DNA of 64,000 bases. Source: a virus. Lineage: Duplodnaviria; Caudoviricetes. The notes beneath the pieces are model-generated. The model ran no database searches. It was not told the origin of the DNA and saw only the letters and a program-made list of their open reading frames with translations. Of the stretch, positions 27,847 through 36,408 are shown one piece after another. Within the stretch, counting starts at the first letter, position 1. The number at the start of each line of letters is the position of its first letter. The translations under genes and the position numbers were made by a program. The stretch is from positions 9,014 to 73,013 of IMG/VR virus record IMGVR_UViG_3300033069_001491; one strand, 5' to 3'.

Positions 27847-29265
27847 TCACAGGATCTGGGAGGCCAACGTCGCCAAGGCGCTACGCTCGCCCTTCAGCAG
27901 AGTGACGTGACCTGCGATCGGGTAGTCCTTGAACCTCTCAACGGCGTATGTCAGGCCGTTGGTGTACGTATCGACATGGACATTGTCGATCTGTTCGATG
28001 TCGCCCGTCAGCACGATTTTAGTACCGTCACCCACTCGGGTGACGATGGTCTTCAACTCGTGCATTGACAGGTTCTGCGCTTCGTCAATGACGATGAAGG
28101 CGTTCGGAATCGACCTCCCACGAATGAAGGTGATGGCCTCAATCTCGATGACACCCCTCTCCTGCAACAAGGAGAGGTACGAACCATCGTCCCGTTGCGG
28201 GCGCTCGCCGCGACCATCATTGTTCTTGCGGGGGCGGGTTCGTTTGCTGCCCATCAAGAATCCCAAGTTGTCGCGGATCGGAGCGATCCACGGCTCCATC
28301 TTTTCCTCCATAGTACCCGGCAGAAAACCGATGTCCTTGCCGACAGGCTGGACAGGACGGGTAACGACAAACTTGTCGTAGCGACATTGTTCTTCCGGGT
28401 TGCCCAAACCCTTCATTTGGGCCAGGCCCGCGGCCAAGGCGAGCAATGTCTTGCCAGTCCCGGAGGGACCGACCAAAGTCAACAGCTTGATGTCAGGATC
28501 GAACAACAAGTCAAGTGAAAAGCTCTGTTCCTTGTTACGAGGCTTCAACTTGAATGCCTGCTCGATCTTGGCGATCGGAACCAGCGGCTTTGCGGGATCC
28601 GGACACTTGGTGATCGCAGACTTGGTAGTCTTCCCGTCACGGACATTCTTGATGATGACGATCTGGTTCGGGTGCAGTCGACGCCCCATCAGACACTGTG
28701 GCGGCAGCACAACCTCACCTTTCTGGTAGAAGGCATCGACCAGCGCCTCATCGACCTCGATGACATCTACACCTGTGTAGAACTTCTTGGGGTCATCGGC
28801 CACCCGCATCCGCAAGTAGTCCTCACACTTGATACCGAGGCTGTCGCACTTGACGCGAACGTTGATATCCTTGGAAACCAGGACCGCGCCCTTACACGAC
28901 TGGGCGAACTCGATGATCAGGTTGTCAGGTTTGGTGGGATCGAGGCCCGGTTCGTCGATCTTGACCTTAGAACGTCCAACCCGGAGGGTGCCGCCTTCTT
29001 TCAATTCGACGCCGCTCTCAAGGCTACCACGCTCGCGAAGGCTGTCAAGGCTACGTGTCACCTGCCTGACGTTGCGACCGACCTCGTCGGGACGGCTCTT
29101 GTGGCGGTCGAGCTCCTCGAGGACGACCATCGGAATGATGACCTCATTGTCCTCGAATGAGAAGATGGAGTTGGGATCACTCATCAGGACGTTGGTGTCC
29201 AGGACGTACGTCTTTTTTGCACCCATCTGTTCCTCCGGTTGACCCTTCTGCTTGTTTCGTGTCAT
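27847..29265 (-). CDS. phoH: PhoH-family ATPase with N-terminal PIN domain (PhoH2/YlaK-like)
   Basis: YVLDTNVLM (PIN); GPSGTGKT Walker A; RPVQPVGKDIGFLPG; FIRGRS; VIDEAQN; LTGDIEQID. Confidence 0.92.
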   Translation of the reverse strand: MTRNKQKGQPEEQMGAKKTYVLDTNVLMSDPNSIFSFEDNEVIIPMVVLEELDRHKSRPDEVGRNVRQVTRSLDSLRERGSLESGVELKEGGTLRVGRSKVKIDEPGLDPTKPDNLIIEFAQSCKGAVLVSKDINVRVKCDSLGIKCEDYLRMRVADDPKKFYTGVDVIEVDEALVDAFYQKGEVVLPPQCLMGRRLHPNQIVIIKNVRDGKTTKSAITKCPDPAKPLVPIAKIEQAFKLKPRNKEQSFSLDLLFDPDIKLLTLVGPSGTGKTLLALAAGLAQMKGLGNPEEQCRYDKFVVTRPVQPVGKDIGFLPGTMEEKMEPWIAPIRDNLGFLMGSKRTRPRKNNDGRGERPQRDDGSYLSLLQERGVIEIEAITFIRGRSIPNAFIVIDEAQNLSMHELKTIVTRVGDGTKIVLTGDIEQIDNVHVDTYTNGLTYAVERFKDYPIAGHVTLLKGERSALATLASQIL

Positions 29266-29344
29266 GAACTGTTTTGATTCCTCTTCAGATTCTTGTACAC
29301 CGAACGTCCCCTAGAGGACAGTATACTCCACAGGCAGGAATTAC

Positions 29345-29638
29345 ATGCAAGACAGCAAGAAGAAACACCTGAACATTGTCAAGGAAGTCTCCTCACGGGT
29401 TGTTGAAGGGACCACCTGTTTCGACGTTCAGGCCCGTCACAAGGTCGATTGCCAGCGTTCACGGTGTTCACACTGGATTGAGTATGCCGAAGGCCACAAC
29501 TGTGTTATGATCGCAGCCCTTTCTGGGCCTCATACTCTACAGACCATCGGTCAGATCTACGGACTGACCCGGATGCGGATCTGTCAGATCGAGAAGGAGA
29601 TCCTTGGAAAGATCAGACAGGCGACAGAAGTTTCCTAG
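29345..29638 (+). CDS. Sigma-70 region-4-like HTH protein
   Basis: HTLQTIGQIYGLTRMRICQIEKEILGKIR; Cys-rich N-terminal part. Confidence 0.7.
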   Translation: MQDSKKKHLNIVKEVSSRVVEGTTCFDVQARHKVDCQRSRCSHWIEYAEGHNCVMIAALSGPHTLQTIGQIYGLTRMRICQIEKEILGKIRQATEVS

Positions 29639-29925
29639 TACGACTCGACAAGCGGCTTCTTACCGCGTGGCTTCTTGACAGGCGAGGCCTGTTCCACTCC
29701 GACCTTCTCATTCACGACTTCAGCTACAGACGCCTCCTCGAGGTGCTCCTCAGCTGCCGATCTTGTTTCATTCTCATCATGAGATGTCAAAAGAGGTACG
29801 TTCTCATGATTCACTTGGACTGGCGAATGTGCCAGTCGACCATCAGAACCAATGCGACCGTAGGCCTTGTTCGGATCGAGGCCGCGATCTGCAATGTCAC
29901 GAAGGACTGCGATGGGTGCGGGCAT
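29635..29925 (-). CDS. Hypothetical protein with a charged low-complexity tail (start MPAPIAVL)
   Basis: TACTTA, then GGAG SD, then ATG 29925. Confidence 0.55.
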   Translation of the reverse strand: MPAPIAVLRDIADRGLDPNKAYGRIGSDGRLAHSPVQVNHENVPLLTSHDENETRSAAEEHLEEASVAEVVNEKVGVEQASPVKKPRGKKPLVESY

Positions 29926-29963
29926 AGTGTCTCCTTGGGTAAGTATCATCCACCAGAGACGAC

Positions 29964-29985
29964 AATGCCCCGGGATCCCGGGGCA
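29964..29985. repeat. Perfect 22-bp palindrome (possible terminator/processing hairpin)
   Basis: ATGCCCCGGGA|TCCCGGGGCAT, downstream of the Hc1-like gene. Confidence 0.6.
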
Positions 29986-30023
29986 TCTCAGCGCACGTGG
30001 CGCCGTCGGACGAGTCGCGTGGT

Positions 30024-30263
30024 TCAGGCCTTGGGTGCCTTCTTTTCACGCGGAGGTCGGGTCGCCCGCTTGGCCTTGTCAAGGTCCACAGTCGTCTTGA
30101 CGAGCGTGGACGCGATCGTCTTCAGACTACGTAGCCCCTTACGGACTCGGACGCCTGCCGCTGCCACACCCTTGGCATTCTTGACGATGTCAAGCTCCAG
30201 GGTCTCCATGACGGACTTCAGCTCGTTCCACTTCGCGATGACAGGATTCTCGGTCTCAGACAT
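30024..30263 (-). CDS. Histone H1-like nucleoid protein (Hc1-like)
   Basis: 79 aa, basic; KNAKGVAAAGVRVRKGLRSLK matches the Hc1 'GnkAAgtRaRk' pattern. Confidence 0.65.
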   Translation of the reverse strand: MSETENPVIAKWNELKSVMETLELDIVKNAKGVAAAGVRVRKGLRSLKTIASTLVKTTVDLDKAKRATRPPREKKAPKA

Positions 30264-30350
30264 GTTCGTTCACCTCGAGCAGAGTGTATTCTGCTCTCGA
30301 GCTGTCGTAAAACATTAAGTGCCCTGAGCATGCGCTGCCCGGTCCAAGCC

Positions 30351-32012
30351 TCAACCCTGAAGGGCTGCGATGAACTCAGGAGGAAACATCGAAGCGTTAG
30401 TCCGGAAGAACCGCTGCCAGTCCGAGTCCAGGATATAGGAAGCCGCGTAATCGTTTTCGTTACGAATTGACCTACCAAAAGCCTGGATCACGGTCCTGGC
30501 CGTGGCACAGGCATACCAAGTGGGGTGCAGCTGCCTCCGCATCTGAATGACTTTGTCGCCCAGGTATGGAAACGGGACCTTGCACAGGATCTGAAATCGA
30601 CTGGAATCGTCGGCTAGGTCGACACCTTCCGTCATCGACGGACTGATAAGTACCGTCGGATCTGGGCTGTTGATGTGAACGTCGATCATCTGATCACGGT
30701 TGTCACTGTCATGTAGTAGTAGTCTGGGAGACTTGACGGTGGCGACGATGAACTGAGCGACCTTATAGTTGACGCAATGAATGATGCCCTTCTCGTCCTT
30801 GTGCAGTTCCAAGAGCTCCTTGACGACCTGCGCCACCTTAGGCAAGGTCTGGTCAATGTTCGCTTTTGACATGCTGCCGACGCCCAAATAGTGGATCGGA
30901 CGATTCTCTGATTGGAAAGGCGAAGGAATGTGGATGAACGCTGCGTCGTTGGGGTCAATGCCAACAGATTCGCAGAACGTGTCCTTATCGACAATAGTAG
31001 CCGACATCAAGAGGACTCGGCTACCAAAGCGGTACAGGTACTCATATCCATACGGTGAAACGTCGACAGGCTTGAACTCAAACTTGCGACCTCCCTTGGC
31101 GTCTCCCTTCACTGAGTTCATGACCCAGTTCTTCGGGTCATGAGCGGTGATGAAACGATTGACCTTGCAGATGTGCTTGTCCAACATCTCATACCGCTTG
31201 CTGGTCTCTGACAATCCCGTCGCACCGTTCTTGCCAAATTGGGTCGCCATCTGCTTTTCGAGGCCGGCCATCACCTGTTGAACGGCCTTCTTGTAGGGCC
31301 CCTTGATCCAAGTAAAGACAGCATCAGAGGTCGCATTCTCGGCAGGAATGTTGCGGCATCCCAGCAACCGCGCAAACTTCTCCGAAAAAGAGACCTCGAC
31401 GAACTTGCCCAGCTCGCTCTCCACGTTGTGACACTCATCAATCACAAGGAACGCGCGCGGTTGCAGCTGCTTGGCGTACATTGTCTCCGCCAGAAAGTAG
31501 CTGAAATTTGTGATCCCAATCGGGAACTTGATGAATTCATCCTTGTCAAGCTTGTATGGGCACGTGACCGAACAGCACTTGTGGAAGTCTGTCCCGAAGA
31601 CCTGCGTGCCCAGTTGCTTCAACAAGCGCCGAGAGTCGGAACATCGCATGTCGGTGTAATACCGGCAGCCGTAGTTGCTGGCAGATTTCAGTGACCTCAT
31701 CATGTCCTTGCCTGATGTAGGGCCAAAATCGTCCATGTACTGAGCCTGTAGGATCTTCTGCGTGGTCAACACGTACGCCCCGGTCGTCGGGACCGTTGTG
31801 TCATCAAGCTGAAACGTATGGCCGCCGTGGGTGGCCAGATACCGGGCAATGGCGATGGCGATGCCACTCTTACCTACACCCGTCCCGGCCTCCAGGATGA
31901 CGAAGCGCTTCTTCTGGACAAGAAAGGCATTCAGAGCGAAATCAATGGCTTGACGTTGCTCAGGCCTGACGGTCTGAAACGGAAAGTACGCGGCATAGTC
32001 CGGCGTGGTCAT
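30351..32012 (-). CDS. DinG/Rad3/XPD-family SF2 helicase with a probable Fe-S cluster
   Basis: EAGTGVGKS; VIDECH; LMSAT; four Cys in the Fe-S region; QAFGRSIRNENDYA. Confidence 0.88.
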   Translation of the reverse strand: MTTPDYAAYFPFQTVRPEQRQAIDFALNAFLVQKKRFVILEAGTGVGKSGIAIAIARYLATHGGHTFQLDDTTVPTTGAYVLTTQKILQAQYMDDFGPTSGKDMMRSLKSASNYGCRYYTDMRCSDSRRLLKQLGTQVFGTDFHKCCSVTCPYKLDKDEFIKFPIGITNFSYFLAETMYAKQLQPRAFLVIDECHNVESELGKFVEVSFSEKFARLLGCRNIPAENATSDAVFTWIKGPYKKAVQQVMAGLEKQMATQFGKNGATGLSETSKRYEMLDKHICKVNRFITAHDPKNWVMNSVKGDAKGGRKFEFKPVDVSPYGYEYLYRFGSRVLLMSATIVDKDTFCESVGIDPNDAAFIHIPSPFQSENRPIHYLGVGSMSKANIDQTLPKVAQVVKELLELHKDEKGIIHCVNYKVAQFIVATVKSPRLLLHDSDNRDQMIDVHINSPDPTVLISPSMTEGVDLADDSSRFQILCKVPFPYLGDKVIQMRRQLHPTWYACATARTVIQAFGRSIRNENDYAASYILDSDWQRFFRTNASMFPPEFIAALQG

Positions 32013-32117
32013 TTTGCCACATTGTACATCGGCCAGAGGTGGAACTACACTTGTTCAAGTACAGTGCCGATGATCCTCAATTCGAGGGCACCTTCTGGTA
32101 GAAGGTGCCGATCGACC

Positions 32118-32408
32118 TTAGGGTAGAACGGTACCAGCTGAAAGCATGTCATCTTTACCTCCTGCGACTTCACGGTCAGGTTCCTTGTCGCCGCTCAAGA
32201 ACGCATCGCTCCCTAGGTCCCGAACCAGTGAAGTGATTGCCTTCATGTGCTCAACGTTCTCCAGCTCTGTCCCCAACAAGTAGATGAGAAAGAGCTGTTG
32301 ACGCTGGGTGATGCCAAAGTTGCCGATCTCTTTTAAGATCTGGCGGCAGACAAGGTTCTCTTCGGCCTGCTTCTCGCTGGTCGACTGTCCGTAAAGTGTC
32401 GCACTCAT
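32118..32408 (-). CDS. Hypothetical protein
   Basis: 96 aa, coupled to the upstream gene by a 4-nt overlap. Confidence 0.6.
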   Translation of the reverse strand: MSATLYGQSTSEKQAEENLVCRQILKEIGNFGITQRQQLFLIYLLGTELENVEHMKAITSLVRDLGSDAFLSGDKEPDREVAGGKDDMLSAGTVLP

Positions 32409-32872
32409 TTGCTGGTGGTCTCCTCTCTCGTGAAGGTCTCGACCTTCAGCAAGTTCTCTCCGATGATCCGAACGTACTTTCCTTGGCGCAAGCCATCTTC
32501 CTCGTCAGTCGACAGGACGACAAAGTCACCCCAACGCTTGTTCTCTACAATGAACTGTGCCGCTTCCCAGGTAGGCAAGTCTGCATCGTTCATTTCCAAG
32601 ACGTCAACGAGGCGCGGCGGCAGAGAGGCCTTGATGTCATCGATAGTAGGAATGGCCCGCATCGCCTCCCGAGGGACAACATCCGACTTATTGATCTCGG
32701 TCACCCGATGGATGATGCCACAGTTGTTGCACTGCGCGTACCTCACCCGAACAGAACCATCGTCTTCAATTGCAGAGAAAACGGCAAACTGGTGACTGGG
32801 TGAATTGGCAACCCGCTTTAACTGCGGCAACACGCAGCGGCAGGTGATCAGGTGTTTTAGACCCGTTGCCAC
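32405..32872 (-). CDS. Hypothetical protein with Cys motifs (possible zinc ribbon)
   Basis: HLITCRCVLPQ...YAQCNNCG. Confidence 0.6.
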   Translation of the reverse strand: MATGLKHLITCRCVLPQLKRVANSPSHQFAVFSAIEDDGSVRVRYAQCNNCGIIHRVTEINKSDVVPREAMRAIPTIDDIKASLPPRLVDVLEMNDADLPTWEAAQFIVENKRWGDFVVLSTDEEDGLRQGKYVRIIGENLLKVETFTREETTSK

Positions 32873-32912
32873 TCAAACCTCACCATTGCCCAGAAGACCG
32901 TCAACGCTCGAG

Positions 32913-33191
32913 TCAACCAGCTGACTTTTTTTTCGTCGGAGCCTGTAGGGATGGCATCTCTGCCTGTACGATGACGTCGTCAACGACACGGCCAAAGACC
33001 TTGCTTCCTTTGTGGTAGCCTTCTTCGATCGACGCAGCAACGATCGCCAGCAACTTCGGCATGTCGGCAGGCTTGATGCTCACCTCACCCGTCCTCACCG
33101 CAGTGGTGATGTTGGCTGCCGTCGCGTCCTTGATGCCTTCAACTAGCGTCCATACAGCCTTGTTGACGCGAGTGTTCGAGTTCTTGCTCAT
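32913..33191 (-). CDS. Hypothetical protein
   Basis: 92 aa, co-oriented; TACAGT upstream. Confidence 0.55.
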   Translation of the reverse strand: MSKNSNTRVNKAVWTLVEGIKDATAANITTAVRTGEVSIKPADMPKLLAIVAASIEEGYHKGSKVFGRVVDDVIVQAEMPSLQAPTKKKSAG

Positions 33192-33256
33192 GTGGTTACC
33201 TTCATGATACTGTACACCGCCTACTTAGGCATGGTAAACGGCGAGGGACATCCAGC

Positions 33257-34489
33257 ATGGCACGATCACTCAAGGAACAGTTCGAGGCCAAGCGCCTGAA
33301 CCAGGTAACGGAGCGCGCTCGGCGAGCAGATGCTCAGATCATCAACGAAGTGCGAGTAGCGCAATTGTTGGTCGAAGCAATGGACGAGGATGACCTTAAC
33401 AAGGTCACCCAGATCATCCAGAAGCTGAGCACCCTTAAAACGCCCGACCTGCCAAAGTTGAAGGCCGCAATCGAGCAGGCTGAGGCTGAAATCAACAAGT
33501 ACACGGCTGGCGGCCCGTTGACTAAGGCCTGGTCCAAGATGAAGGGGCTCGTCGGCATCGACAATCCGATCGTCAAGGTGACAACCTTTGCAGACGCACT
33601 CGAGAGGGGGTTTGCCCAAATCCCACAGATCCTGAAGAACAATGGCGTCGATTTGAAGGGTGCCGACCTCAACAAGAGCCTCGCTCAGGCGTTGGGCCGG
33701 CTACCGACGGCCACCAAGTCGAACGTCAAGAAGCCCAATGCTGACAAAGACTGGAAGAACCAGAGACACTCTGGCAAGAACGTCCCGAACCGGGACACGG
33801 CGCCTATCCCACGACCGATCGCTGACAAGTCAGAAGGAGTCATCAAGGAGGATGACGGTGAGCTCGCCTCTGACAATGACATCCGCGCCTTGAAGGGCGG
33901 GCTGCCCACGGGAAACGACGACGGCGGTTCACCAACAATCAGCGTCGACAACAAGGAAGCTCCTGCGCGAGGCAAGGCCGTCGATGAGAAGGTGAAATCA
34001 ATCGCGGCGCAACTGCAGAAGGCCCTGTCACCGGGTGGCATCTTCGGCGCATTCAAGAAGGTGCCGTACGTGGACAGCGCCACGCTTGCACAGGAACTGG
34101 TGCGGGCCCCCCTACGTGCATTCTCGCAGGTTGCCAAGCGTGTCCAACAGGGGACCAAAGCAGCAGAGATCGCACCTGACATCAAGGACCAGGCTCAAGC
34201 ACAAGGAGGGGCAGAAACAAAGGGAACTGACGCTGAAGAACCGGCCCAAGCAGCCACTCAGGCGCAACCATCACAACCCGCCAAAGCACCCGTCACGTCA
34301 ACAGACTCGACGGAGACTGGCCAGCAGACTGCTAAACCACAAGGTGGTGGTGCAGCCCTGAACCTCGCCAAGGCCGCCCAGAAGGTCAAACAGGCGATTG
34401 CTGCAGCACGTGCCAAGAGTGGCGGGCTCGACATCGAAGCCTTCACCAAGAAGCTCGTCGATGCCGGCATGGATCCCGAAAAACTCTAG
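33257..34489 (+). CDS. Probable virion-internal/late protein, Ala/Gln/Lys-rich
   Basis: 410 aa; MARSLKE start; TACTTA motif at 33222; stop shares CTAG with the convergent gene. Confidence 0.6.
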   Translation: MARSLKEQFEAKRLNQVTERARRADAQIINEVRVAQLLVEAMDEDDLNKVTQIIQKLSTLKTPDLPKLKAAIEQAEAEINKYTAGGPLTKAWSKMKGLVGIDNPIVKVTTFADALERGFAQIPQILKNNGVDLKGADLNKSLAQALGRLPTATKSNVKKPNADKDWKNQRHSGKNVPNRDTAPIPRPIADKSEGVIKEDDGELASDNDIRALKGGLPTGNDDGGSPTISVDNKEAPARGKAVDEKVKSIAAQLQKALSPGGIFGAFKKVPYVDSATLAQELVRAPLRAFSQVAKRVQQGTKAAEIAPDIKDQAQAQGGAETKGTDAEEPAQAATQAQPSQPAKAPVTSTDSTETGQQTAKPQGGGAALNLAKAAQKVKQAIAAARAKSGGLDIEAFTKKLVDAGMDPEKL

Positions 34490-35688
34490 ACCAAACAGGC
34501 CCCCACTGAAGACAAGCTGGCAGCGCAGCGAGATGCGTAGTACCTCGCTGCCAGTTCAGTGACAGCAGGTGAACCCGATGCGTCAACGCCTCTGTCGATA
34601 GCAGAACGGACAGCACGAAGAGCGTAGTCCATTGCTTGTGAATTGACAACGTAATCCTTGTCAGCAGGTAACCTGACGACCACGTGATTGGGAGACAAGG
34701 ACCTGATACGTTTGTCGAGCAAGGCGCCCTTCTCGTCTGACAATTCGTCAGCGCGCCGACGCTTCAGGTCTGTGACCAGTGCCGTGATCTCTGGTCTGGC
34801 CTTGCTTGTCATGACGACTACACGACCTTTGAACATGGTGACCTGTTCCACACGTGGCAAGGTCGTGTAGTCAATGTTGCTGATCAGGTCACCTTTCAAG
34901 CTTGACACCAAATCACAACCGGTCACAGTCGCCAGGTCGACCAACGTGTTCATCCCCTCCAGGTCAAACCGTGCTCCGATTGGTACCACCCGCAATGAGC
35001 CGCGATCATAGTTGATGCGAAGAGTGTGCTTGACGTCATCTGACACGCCCCGCAAGAATAGGATTACGGGCTCGTGAGCGGACGCTGCTTGCTCGAGTAG
35101 ATGATGCAATTCTGACACACTCTCGACGTGACCGTCGATGCATGCCACTCGAACTCCCGTGAAGCAAAAATCAACAGGCAACAATTGTTGTAGATCGAAC
35201 CCGTAGCCTCGTACCAGTTCGACAGAAGGAACAGCTGAGGTCGTCTTCTCAACGATGACGCGACCTCCAAAGCCTGCTAGTCGCACCGCCTCCTTCAACA
35301 TTGCGCTTGTCCTAGCGCTTGCTTGAGCGTCGTACCTGTCGATCAAACTTTGCACGTCGACCAACGTCGCGTGCCTGGGAGAGACCTCGCCAGATGGCAC
35401 CAATTGGCCCTCCAACATCTGGTGTAGAAGCCATAGGAACCTCTCAAATCCACCGGGCCCGAATTTTTCTGCGGCCACTCCGTGGGTCACAATCACCTCA
35501 TGGAGGACCCGCGTCGGTCCTTCCGGATAACGCAGGTTAAAGACGGCCTGCATCTGAGTGTGAGCGACAGGTCGACCGTCAGACAGGGCAACAAAGCGCC
35601 TCATGTCACCGGACGTGATCTGGTGCAGCTGCCTGTCGACCAAACGCAAGGCAGCCTTGACGTCTTTACTAGTGTATGCCTCTGTCAC
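34486..35688 (-). CDS. Divergent GroEL-like chaperonin protein (apical/intermediate domains recognisable, ATP-binding motif degenerate)
   Basis: AVRLAGFGGRVIVE...VELVRGY; IDGHVESVSELHHLLEQA...PVILFLRGVSDDVKHTLRINY...LVDLATVTG; no GDGTT motif (FGPGG instead). Confidence 0.65.
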   Translation of the reverse strand: MTEAYTSKDVKAALRLVDRQLHQITSGDMRRFVALSDGRPVAHTQMQAVFNLRYPEGPTRVLHEVIVTHGVAAEKFGPGGFERFLWLLHQMLEGQLVPSGEVSPRHATLVDVQSLIDRYDAQASARTSAMLKEAVRLAGFGGRVIVEKTTSAVPSVELVRGYGFDLQQLLPVDFCFTGVRVACIDGHVESVSELHHLLEQAASAHEPVILFLRGVSDDVKHTLRINYDRGSLRVVPIGARFDLEGMNTLVDLATVTGCDLVSSLKGDLISNIDYTTLPRVEQVTMFKGRVVVMTSKARPEITALVTDLKRRRADELSDEKGALLDKRIRSLSPNHVVVRLPADKDYVVNSQAMDYALRAVRSAIDRGVDASGSPAVTELAARYYASRCAASLSSVGACLV

Positions 35689-35701
35689 AGAGGCATCGTA
35701 C

Positions 35702-36166
35702 TCAAGGAGTGAAGTGGATGTGTCCCGACATGAAGTCGTACAGTAGCTTACCGATGCCGCCCAACATACCCGCGATCAGGATACCAATGAACCAAGACAG
35801 ACCCTTACCTGTCTTGGTGATGACAGCGGTGTGTTCCTTGACACGACCGTAGAGGCCAGTGTCAGGATCATAGATGGCAACGTGAATGGCGTCCACCTTT
35901 TTGGATGATGCCGCCTGGTCGGCACGCATCTGTTCGGTGACCGACTCAATCTTGTCAACCTTCTTGACAAGGCTGTCGAAGCCACCGTTCAAGATGGGCG
36001 ACCCGAGTTTTTCTTCCACTCTACCCAGCAACCGATCCTGGGCTTCGAGAGTAGTGAGAACGTGCTCTTCAAACGACGAATGGATGCTGGGGAGAGACCG
36101 TCGACCGACACGAGAAGGACGGTCGACCGGTTGCGTTGCAGTAACGGTCGATCGCTTTACGGGCAT
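35702..36166 (-). CDS. Membrane-anchored coiled-coil protein with one C-terminal TM segment
   Basis: LSWFIGILIAGMLGGIGKLLY hydrophobic segment. Confidence 0.55.
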   Translation of the reverse strand: MPVKRSTVTATQPVDRPSRVGRRSLPSIHSSFEEHVLTTLEAQDRLLGRVEEKLGSPILNGGFDSLVKKVDKIESVTEQMRADQAASSKKVDAIHVAIYDPDTGLYGRVKEHTAVITKTGKGLSWFIGILIAGMLGGIGKLLYDFMSGHIHFTP

Positions 36167-36200
36167 TGTTCCTCCACACTCTCACTCGCCCGCGCTCGTC

Positions 36201-36290
36201 GATTTGATCTCCTTGATCCCTCTTAGACTAGATCCCTCAAAAGACTGAGAGAACTAGAAGATCTAGATCTGATCTAAGACAGATTTGAGG
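36201..36290. repeat. GATC-rich, AT-rich repeat tract at the strand switch (candidate replication origin)
   Basis: Six GATC within 36206-36274; GATCCCTC twice; CCTCAAA/TTTGAGG inverted repeat; lies between divergent genes. Confidence 0.5.
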
Positions 36291-36396
36291 AAATGTACAA
36301 CTAGTGCGGGTCGCTTTGCTGTTTCTCTAAGTAGCGTTTGAAAGTAAAATTTATCGTCTGATCGCGGGAAGGTGAACACCGAAACCGCTTACCACC

Positions 36397-36402
36397 TACA
36401 AT
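36397..36402 (+). promoter_or_regulatory. -10 element TACAAT 6 nt before the start codon (leaderless-type promoter)
   Basis: The same TAnnnT + 5-6 nt + start codon geometry occurs at 1827, 6371, 38410, 41034, 50953, 54915 and 55854. Confidence 0.55.
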
Positions 36403-36408
36403 CTGTGG

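Noticed and set aside
35676-35696. CIRCE/HrcA operator upstream of the chaperonin-like gene
   Set aside because: The sequence does not match TTAGCACTC-N9-GAGTGCTAA; kept only as a generic inverted repeat
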